DNA of 64,000 nucleotides from Marsupella aquatica (Eukaryota > Plantae > Marchantiophyta): positions 4,915,976 to 4,979,975 of the forward strand of contig OZ316897.1 of NCBI GenBank assembly GCA_973895155.1, in the 5' to 3' direction. Positions 52,105 through 64,000 of the stretch are shown here, piece after piece. Made by a program: the position numbers and the translations under genes. Positions within the stretch are counted from its first letter, which is position 1, and every line of letters begins with the position of its first letter. The notes beneath the pieces were generated by a model. It was given only the letters and a program-made list of their open reading frames with translations, searched no databases and was not told the origin of the DNA.

Positions 52105-55100
52105 ATGGAACCCGGGCAGAGGCCGGAGGTAAGGCTGAGGGTGAAAACCCGATTAGGGTTAGGGCGCGTTAAGCATCGGCGGCTAGGAAGGATCAACGGG
52201 AAGAAGGACCGGCAGAGGAGAGGGGTAAGGAGCGCTTGCAGGAGATGGTGGCTCATTTGCGAGCACGAACTAGGCAGACGACTACGGGAGGCCAACTACT
52301 GTCAGCTGCTTAGGCAAGCACTCGGGGAGAGAGTAGATACCGACGATCAACCTAAGGAGGGTATGAGCAACGTCAATCAAGCGGCACATTTCTGGGGATG
52401 CCTGTTCGAACGAGCAACTGAGTACATCAAGACTTACGAGGACGAGGAGTCAGAAAGGGCAGCTCGAGAACGGCAGGAGCTCGCTCGATTGTGGGAGCTG
52501 CAGAAGACGGCTTTCTTAGGAGGCGAACTCATCAAGGACGAGTTCCTGTGGATGCCTACTTCCAATCAACTCGACGATCTTCTGTTTTGCAAAGACAGCG
52601 TCGTCGGCATCCGAGAGGCCATCAAGAACTGCAACAACATACACTGGGAATTAAAGGGTAGCACGGAAAGGTGGACCCGGGCAACGGTGCTAGGAGAGAC
52701 CTCCACGGCAGCAGAGATGAAGAGGAAGGGAGCCGTCAACGATGAAGCCACCCCGGCAAAAAGAACGAGGTCGGCGGCACCAAAGAAGCCAGCCGAGCAG
52801 CAGAGCAGGAGGCAGGGAGAAGCCGAAGAGGAGGAGGTCGATCCCATCAAGGCCATTCCAACCAGGGATGACACCTGGAAGGGCTGGGCGGCAACCCTAC
52901 CGGTGGAGGTGCAACTACATTTTGCACGGGAGGAGGATGCATGCTTTACGGCCATGCAGACCAAGAAGTACCAAGGCTTCATGGCCGGATCCGGCTTGGA
53001 GGCCTTTGTAAGATTACCATGGCTGAAGCCGGAGGTACCGGAGTCAGACCTATTAGAATTCGTGGGGTCATGGGAACCCGAGACCAATTGCACGAGGATA
53101 TATGGGAAGGATTTCTATCTTACTCCCAAGGTGATTGCCAAAGTGTTTGGCTTGCCGATGGGCAATAAGACCAAAGTTGATACCAGGAAGACCTTGCCTG
53201 ACAAGGAGTTCCGGTCGTTCCCCGGGCCATCAACGAAGAATGGCTTCTTCCGGAACACCTGCACCAACCCGCACATAGGAGAGATGATCGACTTCTTGCG
53301 GGTGACCATGCATTGTAACTTGCCGAGGGCAGAGATCGGCAAGGCACAGGTCTATCTGGTAGAAAGGCCAGACCCAAGCCGGGACTACAACGGGTACCTC
53401 CTCAACCAATTGAAGAAGATCTTAAAGGAGGAGCAGCAGGTAATCGGCATGGGGAGCGTGTCGCGGCTTGGCTATCACATGCCGCTGTTGTGCCGGTATG
53501 CCAGAGGTCAGACTTTTGCCCCGGTACTTCCCCTGCAGGTAAGGGCACCCGAGGAAGCTCCAACGCCGAGGCCGTTGGCTGAGAAGCCTCAACCACCTGT
53601 TAGTCCTACGATCGAGCAGGTGTTTAGGCCCAGGAAGGAAGACTTGCCGATGCAGCAACCAGGCATGCAGAGTCTGCTGAAACTACTGGAGAAAGAAAAG
53701 AAATCGGCATCGACAACAACAACAACAACGGCAACGGCAACAATGCAGGACACTACTACAGAGGTAGGCCTACACCGGCTCACAAGAGAAAACCCCTTTG
53801 CTGGAGACAAGGAGAGAATCAGGTCGGAATCCAAGCCAGGTGTTCGAATGTACGTGGGAACCTCAAGCTCCGAATCTGAGGCAGAATTGCCTGAAGCTCC
53901 TACCGAGGAAGAGGAGAGGGAGAAGCCGGAAATCCAAGAGGTAGAGGAGGCAGTGGAGGACTGCAGCCATGATAATTCCGGCTATGGGTCGGACCATTAC
54001 GTTCCAGGAGTAAGGACCTGTGGCCGGTTTGTCCCCACACTTCCAAGGGTAGTGCGAGGGGACCCCAACCAGCAGAGTAGCCCTGAGTCTCCCCCACCAG
54101 ATGTTGCTCCCCCGAGCTTCGACGGCATAAAACAGACGGTGCAGGAATTTCAGGAGCGAATCAAGCAAGAGGAAGAGGCCGCCCTGGCTAAGGAAAAGGA
54201 TTTACCAGGAGGAGATTGGCCGGAGGACATCAGGCGGCTAGCCGAAAAAGGAAGCAAACCTCTAGCCACGATTGAAGAGATCCGCAGGACGGCTTGGGAG
54301 CAGAGGCCACGATGGGCGATGCCGATCACTTCTACTTACTCCACCTACGCTAAGAATAGAGCCATGGAGTATGGTGAGATGTGTGGGGAACTTGCGCTCG
54401 GCATCTTTGGAGAGGAGTTGGAGGTAGGACCCTTTTTCCATAGGGAGCAGTTGGAGAAGCACCAATTAGAAGAAGCGGTGGCTTTAGAGAGAAGCAAGAA
54501 GGACGAGGTCATTCGGCGGCTTAGGAGGATGGAAGCCGAGATTGAAGATCTAAGGGCGGCCAAGAAAGCCCAAGATGAACTGCGGATTAAACGACATGAG
54601 CTGAACATCATGCAGGGGCAGTTGGACGCCGCGCAGGCTGATAATCAGAATATCAAGGATAAACTGACTCAGACGCAGGAAGAGTTGGCCGACACGATCA
54701 AAGAAAGGGAAAAGTGGAAGCAAGAGCTGAAGAATACAGAGGAGGCCCACATAACAGCCAACAGCCGGGCCATGGCAGAGACCCAAAGAAAGGAATGGGC
54801 GTTGAAAGGGGAGCTCGAGAAAATCCGCGGAGCCCTTGAGCAGAAGGAGGTCGAGTTAGGGAAATCCTATCAAGGGATTATGGCGCTGCAGCAGGAGCTT
54901 GCGTCCCTGACGGCCAGCTTCAAGGCCGACCTAAGGGAGAAGGACGAGATGCTCGAACAGACTTACGCCAAGATGAACCAGATGGAGTCTGTCATCATTG
55001 CAGAGCTCGACAAGGAGCTAAGAGCAACCCAGGAGGAGAAGGCTACCTTGAAGAAGGAATTGGAGGAAGCCCACAGGGAGCAGGAGGAGGCCAAAAACGA

Positions 55101-55757
55101 GCTGGAGGGGGCACGTAAGGACCTGGATGAAACCAAGAGGAGTTGGAGGAAATCACGAGGAAGATGGAGAACCTACAGCGGCGGGCCGACAACCAAACAG
55201 AGCGGCTGAAGAAACAAGCCGCAGTATTTAAATGCTTAGCTGCAGCAGGTCCATCTCCCGTTGGGACAAACCAGTTACCAGGGGTGGTAATTGCCGAAGG
55301 ACAAGCCGCGCCACCTGCACCAGTGCTGGAAGTAAGTGGGAAGGGGAAGGGACCAGCTGCCGAGCCACCAACGAAGAAGAAGCGGAAACCTTCAGGGTCA
55401 AGGAGTAATACGACTTCACAGGCCGTGGTGATCAAGGAGGTAGACCCAGCACCGACCCCAGACAGGGTCACGGCTAAGGATCCAACTACCCTAGGGGAAG
55501 GGGAAGCCGAAGCCGTGGGAGTGGCTGAAGCCGAAGCCGTGGGGTTGGCTGAAGCCGAAGCCGTGGGGGTGGCTGAGGCCGAAGCCGTGGGTATTGCCGA
55601 GGCCGGTGTCGAGGCTGAAGCCGAAGGTGGACCCAGTCAGGCCGATGGAGAGTTGACTCGGTCAAGGGCAGGTAATCTGTCAGTAGGCGGGCCAACGGCA
55701 GTGGCTGAGGAGGAAGTGTTGGGGGCGTCCATTGAGGATCCACCACCGGTGTCGTGA
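52105..55757 (+). CDS. ~1200-aa protein of unknown function (globular central domain, acidic linker, long coiled coil, low-complexity tail); one frameshift near 55130
   Basis: 1047-aa open frame plus 55143-55757; conserved with copy A; no RT, IN or transposase motifs seen. Confidence 0.8.
55500..55625 (+). repeat. 24-bp coding tandem repeat (AEAEAVGV)x~4
   Basis: GAAGCCGAAGCCGTGGGNNTGGCT units; copy A has a different, more degenerate version. Confidence 0.8.
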
Positions 55758-58046
55758 CGGTGCAAGGGCGCCGTTCCTTTTAGGGAGGGCGGACGTGGAG
55801 GGAGGAGGCGTGAGTGGGCAGGGCGGGCACGGATCTCCACGTTTAGGATTAGGATCAGAACCAGGAGCGGCCCTGACACTTAGCTTAGTGGGATTGCGGT
55901 CCCACTGGTAGGAGCAACACTTGTGCTCCTGCCTTGCTGTACATAGGTAGATTCGGGCAAGTAGATTACTGTTAAGTAGATTAGGCTTACGATGCAAAGA
56001 ATGGCGGATCCACTACCAGGATAAGTACCTGGGCAGCGGGGAGCTCAGGGCCTCTTCTTTAGCAAGTTTTTAGTTTGCACCAGCCGGGCTGGGATCAAGT
56101 AGTACGAGAAGCTCTCGGTTAGTCATACAGTGACCCTTGTGTATATTCATGTTTCCTCATGCCTAAGAGCTGAATAGAGTTGGCCTCACGGCTTAGTTCG
56201 CAGAACTTGTGTATGAGATGTACTGTTTGTATGGCAAGTGCATGGTATGACTCAGTCAGAATGAGTCATTTTGCTATTTGTGTGTCGCATTAACTTGTGT
56301 GAAGAGTGCCCACATCAACAGAAGGAAGGAAAGTAAGCAGGGGAGTGAGAGTTGGATGTGTCGAGCTGAGAGAGGTCTTAGCGGCTTAACCAAGCCTATT
56401 GGGGATCATTCCGGCGGCGGAATCCAAACATACCTAACAAGACGGAGGGGAAGACAGGGGAAGACAGGGGAAGGCCTATATTAGGCCGGCTACGTATCTC
56501 ATGACCCGATGAAGGATCTGTCCAGTATATGTGTGTAAAATGTTAATAGTAGTAGTAGAAGGTTAGCAGCGTCCCATGCCGCTAAGCCGCGGAAACGGCC
56601 TCGCCAAGCACGAAACCTGTGGGAATCGGCTTGAGCTGGGGGGTTTCTTGGGTTTAGGGAGCCATGGGACGCACCACACAGGTCCAATCCAAGACCTCAC
56701 TTGGTGAACATTGGCAACAATCCGACTATGATCATCACCTAACAATGGCACATTCTCCAAAATATATGCTGGAGACTGTGTTTGATGTAGCTGGAGATGA
56801 CGTAGCACCCGTAACATCTCCCAAAACAATGCAGAGCGTGGATCATGAAGTCCATGCACAACGCCAGCTCTAGATTGGCCCTAACATGGCCAACCAGCAA
56901 TCACCAAATCAATGAGGCCAACACAATGTAGATGATCCGCCCCCAGCAATGAAATATTAGCAGGTAGTGCATGCTGATAACCATGAACAACATCCACTGG
57001 CAGCAACTGTGGATATCTATCCACCAACATAGCCACATGTCGCAATGAGACCCTCTGTGCTGTCTCGTCTATCTCCACATACAAATAATGACGCATAGGA
57101 ATTCCTGCCTGAAGAATAGCAGCCAATCCAGTGCTAATCCCACCAAAAAGATCCAACAAACAAATACCCTCCGGTGGATAGTGTCAAGCAATAGGAGTGG
57201 TATCCAATGGTGAAAGAGTCACCGGTCCATCTGCAAGAGACTGCTCTGCTCATAACTCTGGTGTAAAAACATGACACCATGCATTATGTACCAATCGTGT
57301 TGCTACTGCCTGTGGCAAGGCTTGTGTAGTGCCCCACACTGGTGGCACAACACTGCCAACAGGTAATCCCCGCATGATGTGCTCCTCATGAGACTCCTCC
57401 AATGGTGGAACATCTGTTGCATGCGCATTACCCTCAATCAAATCATCAGGTCCAGTAATTACACCATTGAATGCTGCCAAAGACAATGGTGTGGATTTAG
57501 GGCCTTCCACAGGTCCACTAAATCTCACTAGCAATTTGCTCAATCGACCATCTTCTGACTGCCAATCAGGTCTATATGACACTGATTCCTCCCAAAAATC
57601 AAGAATAAATCCTATGGGGTAGAGCATTGTACATCCCACCAACACATCATATGACTCTGCCTTAGTCAAAATAGCTTGTGCTTGTATCTGTGAGCTATCT
57701 ATGGTATGACCTTCCTGGATCCTCAAATCAAGAGGTCTCCTGGTAATGTGCTATGTGTAGGTCCCCCCAATGAAGTTTGAACGGGAAAGGGACAATCCTC
57801 CAAATCCTCTGGACGCAATCCCAATCCACGTATGGCAGACTTACCCAACATCAAGGGCTGAGCACCAATATCCAGTAACACCCTCTCTGGCTGGTATACT
57901 GCTCCAGAAGGCCCAACTAATTGGAAGATACCACTCCGATTATCCAATGATATAACACTAAGTTTAAACCTAGTCCTCTCAAATGCAGGGCGTGCTGGTA
58001 AATCCACCAACCTTGCTACTGTTGCATGCCATGTCTCACTAGTAGT

Positions 58047-60668
58047 TGTGACGCCAATGACATGGTCCTTATTCTATAATCTGAGTAACTAGGTTGCTAT
58101 ATGCAAGGAGTAGCTATTGATACCGCATAACAATTAGCAAGCTGGCAAGAATAAGGGCAATCATGGTGTTAAGAGTAAGGATAAAGGTATTTCAGCTTGA
58201 AGACTGCACAACCAAGGCAGACACAGTTGAGGTAGTCACTGTCAAGGCCACAAAGGAGAAACTGGGGAAGAGAGGATTCAGCTCTTCAAGCATACCATCT
58301 TCTTGACAAGCAAGATGGAGCATGGAGGCTGTTCAAGACGCCGGTACGGAGGTAGGCGTGGTAATTCAAGGAAACGAGTCTCCATAGCTGAATATGAAGC
58401 TGTGGGGTATGGTGATTGTGCTCAGGATGAAATCTAAATGTCTTGGGTGTGTAGCTTCATTTTGTTATTTGGGTTAGTGGTTCATAGTCTAGTCTTAGAA
58501 TGTTAGGGAAATAAAAGCTATGTTGTGGGTGGTCGGTGACCATATCTCTTTCAATACGTCACCAAATCCAGATCTGTAAAGAGCGTTGGAAAGATCTGGT
58601 CAAGGCGAGTAAAATCGATATAAAACACTTGGGAAACGGAGATGTATTAAGGAAGATATGGTCTGATTAGTGTGATAGGTTAACTTGTGGCCGGAATTAG
58701 CGGATTCGGCTTCGGTTTCGGGTTAACCTAAGCTCGGCCACGGCTTAGCTCATGTAAGCACGGCTTCAGCTTAGCTCATGTAAGCACGGCTTCAGCTTAG
58801 CTCAGGTCAGCACAGCTTCAGCTTAGGCTTAACCCGTGTTCGGATTAGATTGATCCCGAGTTAGACTGAACTCGGGTTAGCCTAAACTCGGGCTTGGGTT
58901 AGCATAGGTAAGTTCGGGTTCGGGCTCAGCTTAGCCTAGGTTAGCGGATAGCGGGTAGCGGGTGCATAACTTTCTCTGTATTTGACCAAATCGGCTATAA
59001 TTGACCTCGTTGGAAAGAGGAGCTCAAGCCACTCCAACGTTGCTATCCACGCAGCAAATGGCTGAATAGAGAAATCAAGAGAGGAGGCGCAAGCTCGCAA
59101 AAACCATGGAGGAGGGCCAAATCCGAAGAACATAGCCAATTCGAGATAGAAATAAAGTTGCGAGTTAGGGTTCAATAGTTAGAGATAGTGGCGGCTCTGT
59201 TAGGGCTGAGATGGGGCTCCAGCAACGTAGTATCCACCCATTTGGGCTCAGTATGAGAGTATATAGAGCAGCCCCCCGGTAGAGGCAGGGGGGACTTTAG
59301 TTGTGTGATCTCACGTAGACTGAGCAGCAGGGAGGAGCTTTGTGCAAGGAAGGCTGGGCTTGGAAGCTGTGTGTTGGGGAGAGCTTGGTTGTGCTATTAC
59401 TCAGGGAGTAATCAGCCACGCTTCACAACAATAGTTGGCCAGGTTTGCAAGCTGGATTGTGGCTCTTTCTAGTAGGCAACACAACTGGGTTCTTTTCCCC
59501 CGATACAGAGCCTTGATAGGTGATGTGTTGGTGATTGTAAATTGTGGGGAGGATTTCAATGTGATTTGCGGTGAGCACATTAGGAAGGCTGAGACACTGA
59601 TTGAGGGGCAGCAGGAGGAGCATTTACAGTTCAGTCTGGCAAGGCTACGTGATCCATGGGGAGTCCCGGCCTTTGTCTGGTAGAGAGCACTAAGGGATTT
59701 ATGGCCAGAGCTGAGCTTGCAGGGCAAGCGTGAGGCCGGGCCTCATTGCAGTCTGGGATAGATCGTCGTTAGGCCTGGTACCAGCTTTGAAGTCGAGTCA
59801 ACTGTGCATGCGTAACTTGACATTCTGAATTGGAGGTGTGAGATCTGTATGTGCCCCCAAGAATGAAGTGCAGTGAAGGAGGTTGAGTTCAGGATTGAGT
59901 TTGCAAGGCAAGTACGGGATTGGTTTGAGTCCAATCTGCCGTTGCAATCTGGAGTGAGTCGGACTTAGGTTCAGGATTGAGCTTGCATGGCAAGCACGGG
60001 GCTTGCGAGGCAAGCACGTCGTAATCTGGAGGAGACAGCCTTCGGGCCTAGTGTTCGGATCAAGTGTTCTCAGTGAACTATTGTGCACATCTTTGAATCT
60101 AATTGAGTTTTCCTCTTCGGCCTCATTTCTCTCATGGATGTGTGTGTGTGAGGCAATCTGAGTGTATGATGGGACTAGCAGCGCCACTGAGAGGTGTACC
60201 GGGTGCATTGAAGTGGGTTGGGTGAGGGCTATCACAGCTCTGATTGCTGAGAGTGGAATGGCAGAGTGGTGGGGCAATGGCTTAGAAGTCCCTAAGCCGG
60301 GAATCAGTCAGGAGTCACTGGTTTATGGGTACATTCCGGCAGCAGAATAGAAATATACCTATGATAGTAAGCATATGTATAGACATATGCGCACCGTAGT
60401 GCTAGGCCCTGTGTGTACGGGCCCGATATGAAGACCCCTTCTCACCAGAACTATCATGAGCACAGGATCTGAATCCCAACCTTGGTTCCTAGGGATTGAG
60501 CTTGGGTGATGTGTGATAGAGTCTTGCTATGATAGTCTGGTGTTAAGGGCATAAACTGGTGTTTACCGGCCTTCACAGCATCCCTTCGTGATCCTCAGGT
60601 ACAAGGAGATGGTTTTGGCACCCAATAGTGACGGTTTTGGTGTTGAGACCCATGTCAATTGCGTGACA
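58047..60668. mobile_element. 2.6-kb solo LTR inserted in the gag-pol of DNMT-gypsy copy 2
   Basis: Ends TGTGACGCCAATGACATGG...CCATGTCAATTGCGTGACA (16/19 inverted match); TSD GTAGT (58042-58046, 60669-60673). Confidence 0.92.
58741..58825. repeat. 26-bp tandem repeat x3 inside the solo LTR
   Basis: GCTTAGCTCATGTAAGCACGGCTTCA units. Confidence 0.85.
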
Positions 60669-63180
60669 GTAGTAGTAGGTGGCATGGTCTTCACTACTTC
60701 AACACTGCAAGCTGCTTCTGCATAGGAAGCAACCACTGGAGTGTCCTCACAGAGTGTAGCTGCCAATCTGAACACTTCTACAAGACCAACTCCCAAGTTC
60801 AGCATGTCTATCACTGAAAATAATGGGGTGCGTACCATGGCAGTAGCCTCCCCCAGCAAGGTACCTGTCATCCGTGTTGCATCACTACCTGATTGTGCCA
60901 ACTTACCCACGCCAAGGTTTGTCCGAACCGGGTTCATAGAGGTACTCTAAACTGCCTCTGACAATGTAAAAGAGTAAGGAAGCTTTGTCTATCGACGTGC
61001 ATCCCCCCTCTGTGGATCTAACTCCACTACTGCTCCTCGGGGCTCAAGAGCTTTGGCTGCCCCACGTGTCAAAGCTGCTGATGCATCAATATGTGCAGTG
61101 CCACACATGAATCCCATGGTGGCAAGGTCTCCATCAGCTCCATAAGATGTGGAAGGACCATGGGATGTGGAAGGTCCATAGGACGTAGATGCCCCATCAC
61201 CAGAAGTAGGTCTCACCTGGGAACTAGCCATGGGAGCTAGCTGTTGCTCCAATTGAGCAATCTTAGCATCCTTTGGATCTATGGTTATAGCAGGGGCAGC
61301 GTCACCTCCCTGTATCCCTGCATGTGGCATGCCACGACCACATCCACCACCTCTACCTCCTCCTCCTCTTCCCTGATCATGCGTACGAGATCCTCCTCCT
61401 CTCCGTAACTCAGGATGGAGTGAGAAACACCTATCCTTGGTGTGTCTAGGAGCTCCACAGTGATCACATTGTTGCTGATCAAGCGCTGATGCTCCCCCTG
61501 ATCCTCTATGATCTGGGCAATATATCTGTGCATGATCCCCACCATAGGTCCAACATCCTGACTGTTGTCCAGCATAAGAGGGCATAGGTCTCTGGCTGGT
61601 AGACTCTTGTGCAGTAGGCTTCTTCCTCTAGCTCTTCCGTGCAGTAGGCTATGGTGTGGATGTAGATGCAGCCTTTGGTGCTTCCTTGGCAAATCCGGAA
61701 GTCACCACCTTCTCATTCACCATATTGAGCTCAATACGCTCAGAAAGGGTAAAAACAACTACTAGTGTGGGACTGCATCCCTAAGTAGAGTGACATCTCT
61801 CACTCTGCGTCGTAATTCTCTGTCCAGAATTGCATACCAAAACTGGACTGCCTGAGCCTCTGTCACTCCCTTGGTGACAGTGATCAATCTGCGCATACGA
61901 GTGTATGCCTCACGTAGACTCTCTCCAGTCTTGCGCTGGAACTCCTGGACACCCTTCAACTTATCAGTTCTCACACCCTGATAGTTTTGCTTCAGTACCT
62001 CAAAGAATTCCACCATAGGGTTAAATGCTGGTGCAGCTCAAGTCCCTGTCACAATCACACCGGCAGGAGTAGCGGTGGATGCTGGTGGAGTGCTGGTGGT
62101 GGATGGTGTGCCACTCTAGCTAGTGCTACTAGAAGAAGCATCAGCTATGGCAATGGGTTGGGCAGCCGCACTAGTGCCATAGGTGATGGACACGTAATTA
62201 GGCGACCAATGCTGCCTCCATGCCTCAATCTCAACCAAATGAGCCTTCCAAAACTCATGGTAGTCATCCATGGGTGGCCCCTCCAAATGTTGAAATAATC
62301 CCTTCCATGCCATGAAAGGGGTAAACAACGTGGCATTACGCAATGTCTGCATCTCGCACCACGTATCAAACTCCTGGATGAAGTCATCCAGATCAATCGT
62401 GCCAACTGCACCAGAGTATCGTCGTGGGCCCTTCGTAGCCCCATACATCTCTTCCATATCCCACAACAAAGGTGCAATCACCTGATGATGAGGAGAACTG
62501 CTCACAGAGTCCTCGTCAAAATCACTATCTGAAGCTGTGTTGTTGACTGCTACCAATGTCACTGGCCAAAACTGCACCCCACTCTGAGTGAAACCGGTCT
62601 GTCGTCCATCGGGTAACCCAGCAGCGCCAGAAGAATCCGTGGTGACCAATCTAACCTAATCTATATGCTAACCCTAAGGGCAATCTGCTAACCCTAAGGG
62701 CAACACAAGCACTCACCATGGTGTGTTGAGCATCACTCCAACATCACCAGGAGAGAAATACGTAGCACAACTAGAATGTCCGGTTGCAAACCCGGATCAC
62801 TCCTATAGAATCAAGTGCCCACGCCAAACTAACATGGCGCATAAACAGGAAGCATATGTGGAGAGGATCCAATCAACAAGAAGAGATCCACAATAACTCT
62901 CCACATCAATAGTGATCATACATCAATCAAACAATGTTCATAATGTTCAATGTGGGGCCTTCATAATAGGCCTCTCAATGTTCAATGTCGTAGCTAAGGA
63001 TCCATGCACAATTGGTTCAATCCATGCATCTAGATGGATTAAGAAGCATCAAAAACCCCAGGGAGTTTAAGATTTGGCCCAAAATGGCAATCTAAACAAA
63101 CTAGAATGTGTATAAAATGTCTAAGTGCTCATTCCATTAACATCAAAGTGGAAAGGAGTGTGTGTACACAAGAGCACTTA

Positions 63181-63234
63181 AGAACCACATAGTTAAGCGC
63201 GTGGGGAAGGAATAGCTTTGGGATGGGTGACCTC
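63181..63234 (+). promoter_or_regulatory. 5S rRNA-derived internal Pol III promoter core (A box to C box); not a full 5S gene
   Basis: AGAAC....AGTTAAGCG...GGATGGGTGACCTC, collinear with plant 5S AGAACTCCGCAGTTAAGCGTG...AGGATGGGTGACCTC. Confidence 0.7.
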
Positions 63235-64000
63235 TCACTTGTAACTATGCACCAAAATGGCCGCTCCAAAATCAGTAGCTTGCAACTACTCCTCACGTAC
63301 CAGCAAGCTAGCTTGCTGGCCCGCCCGCTCCTACTTCGCTCTCACGCCCCTCATCCCGAGTAACCACGAGTTGCCTCGAAGCCTCCAAACGCCGAGATGA
63401 GCCAAAGAGTGAGCTCGCAACGCTTCGCTACGCCAAATCGAGTTTTGGATTCGGCAACATTCAGACTTTGGCTACCTTTGCACAACATCGCGGATAGGCT
63501 GCGATAGCATACAGTATGGCCTTAAGAAAATAGTCAAAGTTGGCAACATCTGCGACCATCAGCAAACACTTTCTTCACAAGAAAGGCGATCAGAATCCAA
63601 ATCTCAATCCCGCAACAACACAATTGCGCCTATGTTCCCTTCACAAAACCGTGATGGACAGCCTCCCGCGTCAACGCCTTGTCGGACCAGATCCGTGAGT
63701 TGCAGCAACTTTGCGAGTTGTTTCCTTCATAAAAACGCGGATTGGCCCTTCCACATAACCGCGCGGAGCATCGGCAGATCCATTTCCCTCAGGAAAATAG
63801 TCGTCACTTCACTTGCCCCTTATCACAGTCGTGACAATAGTCGGAAATCAGATCTGAAGTCTCACGCATTGACTTCCACTGGCCGACAATTTGCCAACAT
63901 TCGCGGAGTGCTTTCCTCCACGAAAACCAACATTCAAACTCGGCTACTCATTCAATAGTAGCGTTATGTGCCCAGATTGACACAATCTCCTTACAAATCC

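Larger units (their letters stand above)
51990..56678 (+). mobile_element. 4.7-kb solo-LTR-like element with internal ORF, copy B
   Basis: Ends TGTGATGC...GCACCACA; 5-bp TSD CAGGT (51985-51989, 56679-56683). Confidence 0.95.
51536..57159 (-). pseudogene. C5-DNMT domain of copy 2, split by the 4.7-kb insertion
   Basis: LDLFGGISTG, AGWPC, ILENVP, VRSWIGP | AVLLDAARVGSHAHRPRLWWTN, RQVLGQAMD. Confidence 0.9.
47953..62650 (-). mobile_element. Gypsy-type retrotransposon with C5-DNMT and PHD, copy 2 (includes gag; 5' end not identified; two nested insertions)
   Basis: Gag 62649-61762, CCHC knuckle CDHCGAPRHTKDRC, PR 58010-57250, DNMT 57159-51536 (split), RT-RH 51289-49850, integrase with core deletion near 49225, PHD 48733-48957, PPT CTAGGGGGGC (48561-48570 rc). 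Confidence 0.92.

Noticed and set aside
63181-63234. Functional 5S rRNA gene
   Set aside because: The 5' and 3' stem sequences are missing and the middle is diverged.
62650-64000. 5' LTR of DNMT-gypsy copy 2
   Set aside because: I found no match to repeat A or region B; it lies beyond the window or is lost.

Overview
Eukaryotic, almost certainly plant, nuclear DNA made up of nested transposons, with no ordinary host gene. A plastid psbC scrap, plant-type CACTA/LINE/copia elements and spliceosomal introns support a plant. Bryophyte/liverwort is my impression from the element types, not proven. In order along the window: (1) an open Ty3/gypsy pol followed by a 3' LTR that itself contains an ORF; (2) a gypsy element with a C5 DNA-methyltransferase domain between protease and RT and a PHD finger after integrase (copy 1 at 3981-9801 +; a diverged copy 2 at 47953-~62650 -), both ending in an unusual PPT-A-gc-B-A split-repeat terminus; (3) the 3' half of a CACTA element; (4) two 4.7-kb TG...CA insertions with 5-bp TSDs that look like solo LTRs but are filled by a ~1200-aa ORF; (5) a ~7.3-kb Mutator-like element carrying an intron-containing ParB/Srx + beta-class N4/N6 methyltransferase-like gene and ~15 copies of a 15-bp palindrome; (6) a full-length LINE with a 17-bp TSD, interrupted by a Bianca-like copia with identical LTRs and by an ~85-bp psbC insert; (7) a second LINE fragment, a 2.6-kb solo LTR and a 5S-rRNA-like promoter core. 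The best candidates for new biology are the two unrelated methyltransferase-carrying mobile elements and the protein-coding LTRs. All alignments were done by eye.
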